In this document: piece after piece, positions 1-10,557 of the stretch
How the letters are laid out: each line of letters begins with the position of its first letter
Position numbering within the stretch: position 1 is the stretch's first letter
Virus record (IMG/VR): IMGVR_UViG_3300046804_004848
Coordinates: 73,960-137,959 of that record
Length of the DNA: 64,000 nucleotides
Strand: one strand, 5' to 3'
Source of the DNA: a virus
Made by a program: the position numbers and the translations under genes
Notes under the pieces: generated by a model
Told to the model about the DNA's origin: nothing
Databases searched by the model: none
The model's input: only the letters and a program-made list of their open reading frames with translations

Positions 1-17
1 TCGTTCATACCACACCT

Positions 18-227
18 CTAATAAAGTTTTGTAGGTAATTCCTGTGTACGTAAATATTTTTTCCAACGACTTACTGCTTTGCCTCTAGCAATTTTTCTAG
101 CGATGCTAGGTTTAGTATACTCTTGACGATCACGTAATTCTTGCATAATACCACTTTCAAGAACTTTCTTCTTGAATTTTCTTATGCCACTTTCAAATGA
201 CTGTCCTTCACGTATTACAACTTTCAT
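18..227 (-). CDS. rpsU: 30S ribosomal protein bS21 (phage-encoded)
   Basis: 69 aa; IREGQSFESGIRKFKKKV...ELRDRQEYTKPS matches the S21 pattern. Confidence 0.92.
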   Translation of the reverse strand: MKVVIREGQSFESGIRKFKKKVLESGIMQELRDRQEYTKPSIARKIARGKAVSRWKKYLRTQELPTKLY

Positions 228-1477
228 TTCTTTCCTTTTTTCAATAAGGTTCCAAGATAAGATTCTGCTTTAGGTTCCCAAAGTTTATTTAGCAAATTTG
301 GGTCAACAACATGACTTTTATCTATGATAATTTTTTGACCTTTTAAAAACTTAGTATAAAACATAACCTTAAGTAGCACACGCTCAATTTCACTTTGTAA
401 ACCACGTGCACCTGTTTTTAATTCTAAACAATTTTCAGCAATTTGTTCAATGGCATCTGCTGTAAAACTTAACTCTATTTCATCCAAACTTAACAAATAC
501 TGATATTGCTCAATAAAATTGTTTTTAACTTTAGTCAAAATTTGAACCAATTGTTCTTTAGTCAGTTCGTTAATAGAAACACGACATGTAAACCTACCTG
601 TAAACTCAGGAATCATACCAAACTTGGTTAAATCATCAGGTGAAACTTGCGATAATATATGATCCATAGAAGCACTTTGTCCAACCATCGCAGAAAAACC
701 AATACTATTACCATGCAATCTACGTGAAATAATATCGCTTAATCCAACAAAAGCACCACCTGATATAAACAATATGTTTTTAGTATTGACTTCTAACATA
801 TCATTACTTGGATGTTTTCTTTTACCAAGCTGTGGTACTCTACAAACAGTACCCTCTACAATTTTTAATAGTGCTTGTTGTACACCTTCTCCACTAACAT
901 CACGTGTAATACTTGCGCTTTCGCTTTTTCGTGCAATTTTATCAACTTCATCTACAAAAATAATACCACGCTCTGCTCGCTCAATATCACCATCAGCAGC
1001 AGCTACTAATCGTTGTATCATACTTTCAACATCATCACCAACATAACCTGCTTCAGTTAATGATGTGGCATCAGCAATAACAAATGGCACATCTAAATAT
1101 TTTGCTACTGTTTTAGCCATTAGTGTCTTGCCACCCCCGCTTGCTCCGAGAATAAGTACATTGGCTTTTTGTATTTCTAACTCTTTAGTTTCTGCTGTGA
1201 TGCGTTTGTAATGATTAGATACTGCCACACTAAGTAACATTTTGGCATTATCTTGTCCAATGATATATTGGTCTAAAAATGTTTTAATGTCATCAGCATA
1301 AAAACTTATTTTACGTGGTGAATCATCCTCAAGTGGTTCATCATCCTTGAGCAAATCATTACATAAATCAACACAATCACTACATATTGCAGTGCCTTCA
1401 CCGACAATAAGTTTCTTGACAACATTTTTATGTTTGCCACAAAAACTACACTCTTGAAAATGATAAACTTCACCCAT
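224..1477 (-). CDS. clpX: ATP-dependent Clp protease ATPase subunit ClpX
   Basis: CSFCG...ICSDC zinc domain, GASGGGKT Walker A, DATSLTEAGYVG pore loop, DEVDK, RDVSGEGVQQALLK, IGF loop, TGARGL. Confidence 0.97.
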   Translation of the reverse strand: MGEVYHFQECSFCGKHKNVVKKLIVGEGTAICSDCVDLCNDLLKDDEPLEDDSPRKISFYADDIKTFLDQYIIGQDNAKMLLSVAVSNHYKRITAETKELEIQKANVLILGASGGGKTLMAKTVAKYLDVPFVIADATSLTEAGYVGDDVESMIQRLVAAADGDIERAERGIIFVDEVDKIARKSESASITRDVSGEGVQQALLKIVEGTVCRVPQLGKRKHPSNDMLEVNTKNILFISGGAFVGLSDIISRRLHGNSIGFSAMVGQSASMDHILSQVSPDDLTKFGMIPEFTGRFTCRVSINELTKEQLVQILTKVKNNFIEQYQYLLSLDEIELSFTADAIEQIAENCLELKTGARGLQSEIERVLLKVMFYTKFLKGQKIIIDKSHVVDPNLLNKLWEPKAESYLGTLLKKGKK

Positions 1478-1485
1478 ATTTTTAC

Positions 1486-2598
1486 TTATCTTCCTACACA
1501 GTTACGCACAGCTTTTGTTTCTAAACGTTGATAATTTTTCAAATTATGTAAGTCAGTATTGTTTAAATTAACTACATAAGACTTAGTTTCCCAACGGTCG
1601 CCCCTTATCAATCCTGTGTTACTTCCTTGCAACATAACATTGTTTACTTCAATGTTCATGTCACATAATTGCAACAACACATTATTTGCTGCATCTACAA
1701 AACTAAATTGTATACCGCTACGTGAACTTGCAAATGTATTAACTAACTCTTTGTAGTTACCCTCGTTTAGAGTAATTAAATCTGATTCACCTATTATATT
1801 ACCATTTTGTCGCATAGTAAGTTTTACTGAGCGAATACCATTACTGTTTCTTGCCATATGTATAGCACAAGATGTATCTATGCGTGTGCCATCACTACAA
1901 CGACTATCAAAAACATTTAACAATTGTGGTTTTACTTTAATTGAATCTAATAATGACCACAAACCATGCATAAATTTATAGCTAAATTTGTATTCGTAAT
2001 TAATCCTAAGAAAAGATTGACGATTGTTTACACCACTTTCTAAATTTTGTACTTTAATATCAAAAGCACCTTCAGGATAAAAATTAAAATATGCCTTGAT
2101 TAAATTATCTTGTGTCTGTCTACTTTGTATGAGTGATTGTATAGCAGCTTGATGTTGGTCACCTTGAATGCTTTCCATTTTATTGCTATCACCTAATATT
2201 CTACCATCAATACTATTAGGTGAGGTTGTAACATCCATTTCTATACTGTAACGTCTTTGCGCAACACGATTGTAAAATTCATCAGTGGCTAGAATTGTGT
2301 AGTTTTTAACGTAACAACTACTGCTTGAAACAACACGGTCAGTTGCCAAACGTCCATTGATAGAACTACGGTCACTTATTACACTACTCCCCCATGTTTG
2401 ATTACAAGCTTCTCTAAACGCACCTTGTCTTGCACTTTCAGGTGAATCTGCCTCTACTTTAACTCTAATTTTTTGTGTTGGTGGGTTATTAGGTAAATTT
2501 TCAATGACAAATTTAGTGACGCTAACGATAGTCCATGTATCAGTGGCACAAACTATCGTAGGCATTGTAAGTAGCAATCCTGCAAGAAACCTTTTCAT
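1486..2598 (-). CDS. Secreted protein, LPP20/FlgT-N-like N-terminus
   Basis: Signal peptide; segment VEADSPESARQGAFREA. Confidence 0.5.
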   Translation of the reverse strand: MKRFLAGLLLTMPTIVCATDTWTIVSVTKFVIENLPNNPPTQKIRVKVEADSPESARQGAFREACNQTWGSSVISDRSSINGRLATDRVVSSSSCYVKNYTILATDEFYNRVAQRRYSIEMDVTTSPNSIDGRILGDSNKMESIQGDQHQAAIQSLIQSRQTQDNLIKAYFNFYPEGAFDIKVQNLESGVNNRQSFLRINYEYKFSYKFMHGLWSLLDSIKVKPQLLNVFDSRCSDGTRIDTSCAIHMARNSNGIRSVKLTMRQNGNIIGESDLITLNEGNYKELVNTFASSRSGIQFSFVDAANNVLLQLCDMNIEVNNVMLQGSNTGLIRGDRWETKSYVVNLNNTDLHNLKNYQRLETKAVRNCVGR

Positions 2599-2599
2599 A

Positions 2600-3283
2600 T
2601 TATCGGCTCATCATACGACGAACATCTTGAATGTCGCCTGTATGTCTTGCATCCCAACGATAAACAACGCTTACTACTTTTCCTCCATCAAGTACAGCGT
2701 TATCAACCAAACGCAATCCACTTAGAATACCTTTGTTATTGGTACGGATAAAATTATTCATAGTGGTAGCAATTTCTACTGCATCATTGCGTGTAGCAAC
2801 GTTGACATTTTGTGGTGAACCTGCTGCTTGGGTAGGTTTACCTTCAACATCAATGTCACTGATTGATACGTTTTGATTATCGTAATTACTTGCAATACGA
2901 TTAGTTTTTTGGTCACGACCACGCTCAAGCGATTTACTAATCATGTTTACACTAGTATCACTTGCTACAGTTTCTTTCCAAATAAAATCTATTAGTTTCT
3001 TCTTAGCATCAAGTTCTGCGACCTTGTACGCACTTTCTGTTGCGCTTGGGCTGTTACCCCAAACAGGAGCATATCCTGTTACTTCAATAGCTTTAATATC
3101 ACGGAAAAACATACTGTATTCAACTTTTACACCACGTCTTTTAAAATCTTGTGTAACACGTTGCTCGCTTATTGCGGTTTGTTCGCCGCTGCGGATGCCT
3201 GGGTCGCTGAGCATTTTAGTTGCGGTTGAACATCCACCCATGAACACAGTAAGTACAGCCATAGCTAAAAGACTTTTTTTCAT
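2600..3283 (-). CDS. Lipoprotein, LPP20-like
   Basis: Lipobox MGGC; AYKVAELDAKKKL helix. Confidence 0.55.
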   Translation of the reverse strand: MKKSLLAMAVLTVFMGGCSTATKMLSDPGIRSGEQTAISEQRVTQDFKRRGVKVEYSMFFRDIKAIEVTGYAPVWGNSPSATESAYKVAELDAKKKLIDFIWKETVASDTSVNMISKSLERGRDQKTNRIASNYDNQNVSISDIDVEGKPTQAAGSPQNVNVATRNDAVEIATTMNNFIRTNNKGILSGLRLVDNAVLDGGKVVSVVYRWDARHTGDIQDVRRMMSR

Positions 3284-3327
3284 TTTTGCCTCACAAAAGT
3301 TTATAAGATAGGTGGAGTATACGTAAT

Positions 3328-4899
3328 TTAAGATTTTTTGTCAAGTGATAAACGTGTTTCTATTTCTTCACGCTCTAAATCAGTCAATGAATCTATGTCT
3401 ATACTGCCATTTTTAAGACATTCAATCAAATAATCTAGATAACTTGCATCTGTTATATAGGTACTATTTTGTTGTTTATCCACAACAATCCACTTTTTGC
3501 CATTAAATTTAAATACAATATGTGGTATACGATCAATACGAATAAATGTATCGCCACTAAGTGCTTCTTTTGGAAACTCTGTACCATAGTGTATTTCATT
3601 AGGCCATGGTTTGTCAGCAGGAAAAATCAAGTCAGGGCGTAAACCTTTTAATGCTGCCATGCTCGTACTTTTACCTTCAAACGAAACATATTCATCAGTA
3701 GACTTAAACAATGGTCGCAATTTGGTTACATTTTCAGTAATAATTTCTTCATTATTGTTTTTTGTAAGTGGTACAGGTTTAAATTTAATTGAATCAACTT
3801 CACTCGTAGCAATTGTATTATCAGCAGTCAACGTAATATCATCTATGGTTGGTTCAGGAACTGTAAGCTCAGTAACAGGTTGCTGCACAATAGATGGTGG
3901 TGTATATACTTGATGTGGGAAACGGATGCCTGGCACTTTGTCGTTCCAAGGTTTTGTTAAATAAACTTGTTCAACAGGTTTGGCTTCTTCTTTAACTTCT
4001 TCAATAACTTCAGGTACAGGTTCATCAGGTTGTACAGTGGCTTTAGGTTGGTCAATCTGACCGTCAGTCAATGCACTATCATCTTTTTCATGTTTTGGTT
4101 CATCTTCTTTACGTTTTTGTAAACGATCTTCTCGTTCCCATTTAAGGGAATTATTAGCAGCAAGTATTAAAATAATAGCTAGTGGATCAAACACAGCTAC
4201 AATTAATATTATAACCCAACGTACAGCACGTTCAAGCATAGTTGCGTCAGGATTATCATCATAAATTAATGCTGCTATGTACTTGATAGGTCCAACCTCT
4301 GCCTCTACTTGTCGTAATTGACTAGCTACAGGAGCACGTTGTTCATTTAATTCTTTAATTACATTTTGTGATTTTGCAATATCATTTTGTAACGCAGTAC
4401 GTTCTTTTGCTTGTTGTCTGCGTATTGCTACTGCTCGTTCAGCATTTTGCTCAGTTGTACCACGTGATAACAATTGATCAACCTGACTATCCATCTGTTG
4501 CAATGCTTTTCTTGCAGTTTCTATATTATCACGCTCTGTTTTAATTTTTTCATCTAATAAAGCAACTTGTGCTGCAACATCACCTGTTGGTATGCCTTGG
4601 TCAATATGTGCTTTAGATAGATAACCAAAAATACCCATACTTGTCAAAAATGCTAACGCAATGACAGCAGTAGTTAGATAAGTTTTTATTACCCATCCTG
4701 AACGTTTCCAATACATGTGCAACCATACGGTAGTAGTGACTTTAGCAATTTCAAGTACACTACCCATGACAATAATGGATATAAAAGCACCTGCAAAAAT
4801 GGCAGTTAATCCAATGATACTATAATATGCTGCTATAACACTTATAGATAAAGCAACAAATAGTGTCCAACGACTATAGGTAAAAAAATCTCTGAGCAT
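3328..4899 (-). CDS. Membrane-anchored coiled-coil protein
   Basis: Three N-terminal TM segments, long coiled coil, fourth TM, P/E-rich linker. Confidence 0.7.
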   Translation of the reverse strand: MLRDFFTYSRWTLFVALSISVIAAYYSIIGLTAIFAGAFISIIVMGSVLEIAKVTTTVWLHMYWKRSGWVIKTYLTTAVIALAFLTSMGIFGYLSKAHIDQGIPTGDVAAQVALLDEKIKTERDNIETARKALQQMDSQVDQLLSRGTTEQNAERAVAIRRQQAKERTALQNDIAKSQNVIKELNEQRAPVASQLRQVEAEVGPIKYIAALIYDDNPDATMLERAVRWVIILIVAVFDPLAIILILAANNSLKWEREDRLQKRKEDEPKHEKDDSALTDGQIDQPKATVQPDEPVPEVIEEVKEEAKPVEQVYLTKPWNDKVPGIRFPHQVYTPPSIVQQPVTELTVPEPTIDDITLTADNTIATSEVDSIKFKPVPLTKNNNEEIITENVTKLRPLFKSTDEYVSFEGKSTSMAALKGLRPDLIFPADKPWPNEIHYGTEFPKEALSGDTFIRIDRIPHIVFKFNGKKWIVVDKQQNSTYITDASYLDYLIECLKNGSIDIDSLTDLEREEIETRLSLDKKS

Positions 4900-4905
4900 A
4901 GAATA

Positions 4906-5109
4906 TTATTTATCGGTTTTTTTACTGCAAAAACCGTACTTTCTTATACCATCGGCACACAATGCCGAGTTATCTGTGTGATAATATCGTAGTTCTTGTT
5001 GGGGTATAATATCTTTTTCAGAATAATTCTTGTCTAAAAACAGTAATAAATTTCTAAATAATACAAGTATGATGCAAAAAAATATAAGTCTGTATAGATG
5101 TGAAATCAT
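4906..5109 (-). CDS. Small membrane protein
   Basis: ORF packed between neighbours, hydrophobic N-terminus. Confidence 0.5.
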   Translation of the reverse strand: MISHLYRLIFFCIILVLFRNLLLFLDKNYSEKDIIPQQELRYYHTDNSALCADGIRKYGFCSKKTDK

Positions 5110-5552
5110 TTAGTGAGTTGATAAACCATCATAAAGTTATCATATGCTGCTTTTACTGTGGGGTTTTGTAATTTTTGTGCAGCTTCATGCACAAGTGCAG
5201 CTAATCCACTCTCAACTGCTTCATATATACTAGGATATTGTAGTGGATGACATTCTTCTCCAAAAGCTTCAGACAATTTTATCCAAGCAATATTTTGTTC
5301 TTCAGTAATTGGAACTTTACTAGGGCGCATTTCCAAACTTTTACGCAATGATTTACTAATCTCCTCACGTGCAAATGTTGCTGCTGCAATTAATGGAGCA
5401 AATTCAGGATCTATGTTGTACTTGCGGATATAGTGGCCTGGGCGACTGATGACCAAATGACACCCTTCACTAAAAGCATTCTCAAAACTAGGATCATGTT
5501 CAAGAATAGGTATATACTTATGCCTAACTTTTTTATAAAACGTTTCGCTCAT
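5106..5552 (-). CDS. Hypothetical phage protein
   Basis: ORF; likely start MSETFYKK overlapping the upstream stop. Confidence 0.7.
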   Translation of the reverse strand: MSETFYKKVRHKYIPILEHDPSFENAFSEGCHLVISRPGHYIRKYNIDPEFAPLIAAATFAREEISKSLRKSLEMRPSKVPITEEQNIAWIKLSEAFGEECHPLQYPSIYEAVESGLAALVHEAAQKLQNPTVKAAYDNFMMVYQLTK

Positions 5553-5791
5553 AACGGGCAATCTTCACTAGCTTCTTTAATACGTTTGTATTTGATATAA
5601 CTCTTGCTAACTTTTTCCTTGATAATTGAACCCAACCCAATTAACGGAACCAAAGTCATACATGCAACAAATACATAAGGTTGTTGCACAATTGCACTAG
5701 AAATACCAACAACAAAACAAAAAATAATTAACCAAGTTTCTTTTTGCCATTGACTAGCTGACCACACAATATAACCGAATAAATTACGCAT
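5549..5791 (-). CDS. Small membrane protein
   Basis: Two hydrophobic segments. Confidence 0.6.
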   Translation of the reverse strand: MRNLFGYIVWSASQWQKETWLIIFCFVVGISSAIVQQPYVFVACMTLVPLIGLGSIIKEKVSKSYIKYKRIKEASEDCPL

Positions 5792-5794
5792 TAT

Positions 5795-6046
5795 TTACTC
5801 CATCGGTGCAGGGTTAATTTTGTCACGCATTGCTTGGATATTTTGATTCACATTGATAAGAATTGCGGTATAACCACAAGTGACAATACCCACTACTAAA
5901 ATACCAAGGGCTGACATAACCGCAGGTAAAAAATTGTCAAACATTTCGCCAACTAATGTGATACCTGCCATAACAACAAAAATTAACGCAAGCACTTTAT
6001 TAAGTAAATCAAGTGACTCTACGATTTTACGATTGAAAGAACCCAT
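5795..6046 (-). CDS. Small membrane protein
   Basis: SD AAGGAG before MGSFN; two TM segments; sigma70 promoter upstream. Confidence 0.65.
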   Translation of the reverse strand: MGSFNRKIVESLDLLNKVLALIFVVMAGITLVGEMFDNFLPAVMSALGILVVGIVTCGYTAILINVNQNIQAMRDKINPAPME

Positions 6047-6070
6047 TTGTATCTCCTTAAAGATAAAGGG

Positions 6071-6099
6071 ATTGTAGCACAATCCCTATGTTTAGTCAA
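6071..6099 (-). promoter_or_regulatory. Sigma70-type early promoter
   Basis: TTGACT-17-TACAAT; inverted repeat AGGGATTGT/ACAATCCCT over the -10. Confidence 0.7.
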
Positions 6100-6108
6100 C
6101 AACCAAAA

Positions 6109-7362
6109 TTACTTCACTTCGTGAACTGAATAATCAGCCCATTGTCCTCTCCAATTGTTGTACTCCTCGTCAATGCCTTCATCATCAAGAGCAACATCAT
6201 CGTAATAAATTGTTTTAATATGTGAAGATCCATCTACATCAACGGTATCAATTCTGAATTTAGCTAAATCTAAATTATCAGTTACTGTTAACGTATGTTG
6301 AAATGAACCACCTTTACCACCTTGCTTGTACATTAAGTAGTATCCTTTACCATAAGTGTGTGGGTAAATTTCGTCTACTTCATTACTACAATCATAATAG
6401 GTTGCTTCATCACCGTGACCAATTTCAAATATTTGTGAAAACTCACCTTCAAAAATAGTTTCACCATCGCTATTAATAATTTCAACATCAGCATCTTCTT
6501 CCATACCATAAAAGTCTATTACATCATTGAATTCATAATAACCACTACTTGTAAAACGTGCTTCTTCAGGTGTGTCATTTTCATCAAAATCGTATTCTTC
6601 ATTGATTGCAGCACCTAAGTCATAATAGTGCTCATCTTTGCTCCAATGTTCGTATTGTTCTTTGGTAATCTTACCAATACCAAGCTCAGTAGTGCGAGCA
6701 AAAATACGTATAATATATTCTCCTGCAGGATGAATACGCTGATAAGCTTCATCTTCGTCATCATCAGTTGCATTTCTTAATTCATCTAGTTCATTTTCTA
6801 AATTAGTGATATCTTCATCTTCGGACTCATCAACTTCAATTTCATCAAGTTCTTTGTAAAGTTTTTGCATTTTGGCTTCTTGCTCAAGACCTTCAGGAGT
6901 AAGTTCTACCGCACTATCACACATTGGGCATACATCACCTGTATGATGAAATTCTAGTTCATCATCAGTATGAATAGTTCCATCTTCATTATAAAATTCA
7001 GTTTTGGTTTCGTACTTGCTACCTTTCCAACGACATTTGGTACACTTGTGGGTAGGTGCAGGAGGTTCAGGGTCACTGTGCCAACTATTCTCATCACCTA
7101 GTTCATAAGTTACTTCATATCCACCTTTACGGTCACTATACCAATCATCATATTGACGTTCCCACATAATTTCTACATCATTATCCCAAGCATGTTCAAT
7201 AAGCTCATCAACATCGTATGTGCCATCTTCTACCGCATCAAGAATTGATTGTAGTTCATCTTCATCCTTGTCAGGATAAATTTCTTGTAACAAGTCTATA
7301 TCAAGCTCAACGGCAAATTGACTATCAACACTATGCCATTCATGTTTAACTAAAGTAACCAT
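6109..7362 (-). CDS. Highly acidic protein with zinc ribbon
   Basis: CTKC...CPMC; D/E-rich throughout. Confidence 0.7.
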   Translation of the reverse strand: MVTLVKHEWHSVDSQFAVELDIDLLQEIYPDKDEDELQSILDAVEDGTYDVDELIEHAWDNDVEIMWERQYDDWYSDRKGGYEVTYELGDENSWHSDPEPPAPTHKCTKCRWKGSKYETKTEFYNEDGTIHTDDELEFHHTGDVCPMCDSAVELTPEGLEQEAKMQKLYKELDEIEVDESEDEDITNLENELDELRNATDDDEDEAYQRIHPAGEYIIRIFARTTELGIGKITKEQYEHWSKDEHYYDLGAAINEEYDFDENDTPEEARFTSSGYYEFNDVIDFYGMEEDADVEIINSDGETIFEGEFSQIFEIGHGDEATYYDCSNEVDEIYPHTYGKGYYLMYKQGGKGGSFQHTLTVTDNLDLAKFRIDTVDVDGSSHIKTIYYDDVALDDEGIDEEYNNWRGQWADYSVHEVK

Positions 7363-7371
7363 ATTTTTCCT

Positions 7372-7620
7372 TTATGAATATTTCAATTTAATGTACGTAA
7401 TTTCCTCGTCAGGTATGTCTACCATAATATCACTTTCATCACTTAAATAAAAGTTGTAATTAGTAATTTTGGATAACTCATTTAAACGATCACTTACTTT
7501 AGTCGCCATTGAATCTTTGTAAGTTAATTTTACAATGAACTTATATTCATGTGCTTTACATAATGACGTAAACCAATTAAACACCCATGGTTCATCAACA
7601 TTAAAAATATTGACAATCAT
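7372..7620 (-). CDS. Hypothetical protein
   Basis: ORF; C-terminal YIKLKY resembles the end of 39176..39502. Confidence 0.6.
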   Translation of the reverse strand: MIVNIFNVDEPWVFNWFTSLCKAHEYKFIVKLTYKDSMATKVSDRLNELSKITNYNFYLSDESDIMVDIPDEEITYIKLKYS

Positions 7621-8960
7621 TTGTCATCCCTAAATCGTAGAAACCTTGGAAATCTCAATGAATGTGTACCATCTTGATTTTGTGTTACTGCATCAGCAAG
7701 AATTTCTACAGTGCGACCAACAATTACATTACGGTTTACCCAATAATCATCACGATCACCATCACTAAACCCACTACCAACGTTAACCACAATGTGCTTT
7801 CCATGATCTTCACCTTCGCAAATTAATGCGCCTAATCTATTTTTATTACGTCCTGTACCTGCTTCCACCCCAACAATCTCTAAATCTACTGAAATGGTTG
7901 GTTTCCATTTTAACCAAAATTTATTACGTTTGCACTCGTATGGGGCATCAACACTTTTAATCATAATGCCCTCAAACCCTTGTGCTACACAATCGTTGGC
8001 ATAACGCTCTAGTTGATCCTTACCCTCAGCAATGTCTAAATCTACGACAATATGTGGCAACAATTTGACATGTGGCATATTTTCTAGGGCAGGACGCATA
8101 TCTTCTAATATTTTAATTCGTTTGCTTAATTGTGCGTTCCAATATCCACGCCTAAAATCTGCTAGCGGAAGAATATCAAACACATGGAACACACTGTCGC
8201 TAGCATCAGCATTGTCTTTTCTACGTGCTTGTCGCATTAAGTCTTGAAATGATTCGCCCATTACTTCACCATCAAGCACAAATCCTGTATTTAAATTACT
8301 TGATGATGCTAGACGTATCATACGGACAAAATTATTTTTTACTTCTTCTTCAATGTGCGTAAAATTATTGAATACCTTACCATTACGACTGTAGCATGTT
8401 ACAACAATTTTATCATCATAGTCAGAGGGTGGTATAACAACCATTAATACTCGTACACCATCTAGTTTAGGTTCAAGACGTTTAAAACCCACCATTTCAG
8501 GGCGACCTTCGCTATCAGTAGCAAGTTGGCAAGAAAAAATCGGTATTTCGTATTCTGTATTTTTACAAATCTTGTTGATAGTTTTATCAGATATACCGCA
8601 ACGTAAGTCTTTACCAATCACATTGATACAGAAATCATTCCATGTTGGACTATTAAATCTTACGCTCATAGCTTCAATAGCATCATGAGCAGCATTACCT
8701 GTTAAACTACGTAAAGCTAATTCTACTAACAATGAGCTAAAGTCTTGCCATGGGTTTTCAGCATTCACAATACCAACAGTTGGTTCTACAGCTTTTACAC
8801 CAAAAGTGGTAAATGGATCATAAGCAAAATATACAAATTTAAGAAAGTGTTTACAATTTTCATCACCAAGCGTAGCTAAATTTAAAACTTCTTGTATGAC
8901 TGATTCTTTGTGTAAGCGACTATTACTCTCGTTCAGCTTATAGATCCATGATTCAAGCAT
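7617..8960 (-). CDS. lig: ATP-dependent DNA ligase
   Basis: EPKLDGVR, LDGE, FEGIMIK, WLKWK, VGSGFSD, SLRFPRF...RDDK. Confidence 0.97.
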   Translation of the reverse strand: MLESWIYKLNESNSRLHKESVIQEVLNLATLGDENCKHFLKFVYFAYDPFTTFGVKAVEPTVGIVNAENPWQDFSSLLVELALRSLTGNAAHDAIEAMSVRFNSPTWNDFCINVIGKDLRCGISDKTINKICKNTEYEIPIFSCQLATDSEGRPEMVGFKRLEPKLDGVRVLMVVIPPSDYDDKIVVTCYSRNGKVFNNFTHIEEEVKNNFVRMIRLASSSNLNTGFVLDGEVMGESFQDLMRQARRKDNADASDSVFHVFDILPLADFRRGYWNAQLSKRIKILEDMRPALENMPHVKLLPHIVVDLDIAEGKDQLERYANDCVAQGFEGIMIKSVDAPYECKRNKFWLKWKPTISVDLEIVGVEAGTGRNKNRLGALICEGEDHGKHIVVNVGSGFSDGDRDDYWVNRNVIVGRTVEILADAVTQNQDGTHSLRFPRFLRFRDDK

Positions 8961-8962
8961 AA

Positions 8963-9478
8963 TTACACCTTAGTTTTGTGTTTGTTGATAGCTTCCCATA
9001 ACATGTTTTCCACTAGTTGGTTTAGCGTTATGTCACGCTCATGGGCTAAACTCATTAGATTATACATTTCTTCTTTATCTAATTCAAGTGGTACTTGCAC
9101 TTTGGTATTGTATGGTTGTTTATTTACAATAGCAGTAAGTTTTTCAATAAAGTCCTCATCAGTTTCTAACGTAACATAATTAACTTCATCGTAAGCGTTA
9201 TTCTCAACTACATTTTTATCTTTACATTCTTGACGATATGCTTCAACGTAATCAGGATTGATCAAACGATATGACCGTCTTTTTGCGTAATCGTGTACAG
9301 TGGCGTAATATACCTCTTGTGTTTGTGTATCAAAAGTAATATCAGCACTTACTCCATCATGATCATTATCCCAATATGATAGGGTAAATGGGTGGTCACC
9401 AAAACATTTCCAAAGGTATTCTGTACCCTCAGATATTCTGTAATTAATTGCTTTCATGTAATCTTCAAGGTTTATCAC
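8963..9478 (-). CDS. Hypothetical protein with C-terminal RHH-like motif
   Basis: Likely GTG start at 9478; AHERDITLNQLVE. Confidence 0.65.
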   Translation of the reverse strand: MINLEDYMKAINYRISEGTEYLWKCFGDHPFTLSYWDNDHDGVSADITFDTQTQEVYYATVHDYAKRRSYRLINPDYVEAYRQECKDKNVVENNAYDEVNYVTLETDEDFIEKLTAIVNKQPYNTKVQVPLELDKEEMYNLMSLAHERDITLNQLVENMLWEAINKHKTKV

Positions 9479-9815
9479 TTTCTTTTCCTTCCAATAATCG
9501 TTTAAATGTTTGTCCTGCACGATACTTTTCTTCTTTACTTGTGCGGTTTTTATCATGGTTTTTACCAAATATCATACCATCATAACCACGTGCCCATTCT
9601 ATACCTCGTAACCACATTTGTAAATCTTTTATGGTTCCAATAAAAACTTCAGCATCACGTGAATACAAAGGTAATGCTTCATCATCTTTTGGTTTTACTG
9701 CAACTACATCACCAAATTCATTATAAAAATGCTTTGCGTGACACATCATTAGACCAAGACGCTCACAATCTTCTTCAAGCCTACGTATTTCTTGGATTAA
9801 ATTATATCCTGCCAT
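9465..9815 (-). CDS. Hypothetical phage protein
   Basis: ORF in co-directional run. Confidence 0.65.
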   Translation of the reverse strand: MAGYNLIQEIRRLEEDCERLGLMMCHAKHFYNEFGDVVAVKPKDDEALPLYSRDAEVFIGTIKDLQMWLRGIEWARGYDGMIFGKNHDKNRTSKEEKYRAGQTFKRLLEGKESDKP

Positions 9816-9817
9816 GA

Positions 9818-10033
9818 TTATCGTGTATTTTTAAATGGGATTAAATTACCGTTTTCATCATAGCGACCAATCATCACCCTACGATCATCCTTACTATAAG
9901 CAGGTCTATCTTTCCAATAATGCTTCTCAGCTAGGATTTTGCACTCAGGATCAATATTTAACTTGCCTTCTTCATCACGAATAAATCTGCTAACAAAAGG
10001 TGGCAATGCATTTGATGTTGTATTTTCTTCCAT
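9818..10033 (-). CDS. Hypothetical protein
   Basis: SD GAGGA. Confidence 0.6.
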   Translation of the reverse strand: MEENTTSNALPPFVSRFIRDEEGKLNIDPECKILAEKHYWKDRPAYSKDDRRVMIGRYDENGNLIPFKNTR

Positions 10034-10050
10034 AATATCCTCATAAAATT

Positions 10051-10072
10051 ATAGGGGCATTACGCCCCATAG
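10051..10072 (-). terminator. Short hairpin, probable terminator
   Basis: GGGGC-ATTAC-GCCCC, intergenic. Confidence 0.45.
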
Positions 10073-10088
10073 TGGTTTAAATTAATAT

Positions 10089-10481
10089 TTACTTCTCTAG
10101 AACATAGGGTTTGTTCCACTTACCGATATTTACCCGAATATAGTGCGAGCAATTGAAGTAATCAATTTGGGCATCACTTTCATCGTAGTAATCAGGACCG
10201 TACATCGCTTGTGTTACTTCAGTAAGAAATTCTTTAGCAACACCGCTAAAGTGGTCTTGAAACCAATAAGGGTTTACGTCAAGGTAATCACGGTCAGCTT
10301 TAAGACTTTGCTTGCATGTTTCATTAAAGTTACCTAGAAAGTCAATCTTACTAGACTTAATATTAAGAACTAACGTACTGTGATAATTCACACCTAACGT
10401 GGCTTTTACACCGTATTTCTTAAGAACTTGTTTGATGGCAACTGCGAGGTTTTGCTTCTTTTCTTGGGAAACGTAAGCCAT
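10089..10481 (-). CDS. Early phage protein (DAQIDYF motif)
   Basis: SD AGGAG; own sigma70 promoter. Confidence 0.75.
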   Translation of the reverse strand: MAYVSQEKKQNLAVAIKQVLKKYGVKATLGVNYHSTLVLNIKSSKIDFLGNFNETCKQSLKADRDYLDVNPYWFQDHFSGVAKEFLTEVTQAMYGPDYYDESDAQIDYFNCSHYIRVNIGKWNKPYVLEK

Positions 10482-10520
10482 TTGGCATCTCCTAGTTGGT
10501 TATCAATCACTACAGAAATA

Positions 10521-10549
10521 ATTATGCCACAATATGGATATACTGTCAA
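10521..10549 (-). promoter_or_regulatory. Sigma70-type early promoter
   Basis: TTGACA-17-CATAAT. Confidence 0.8.
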
Positions 10550-10557
10550 GCAGTTTT

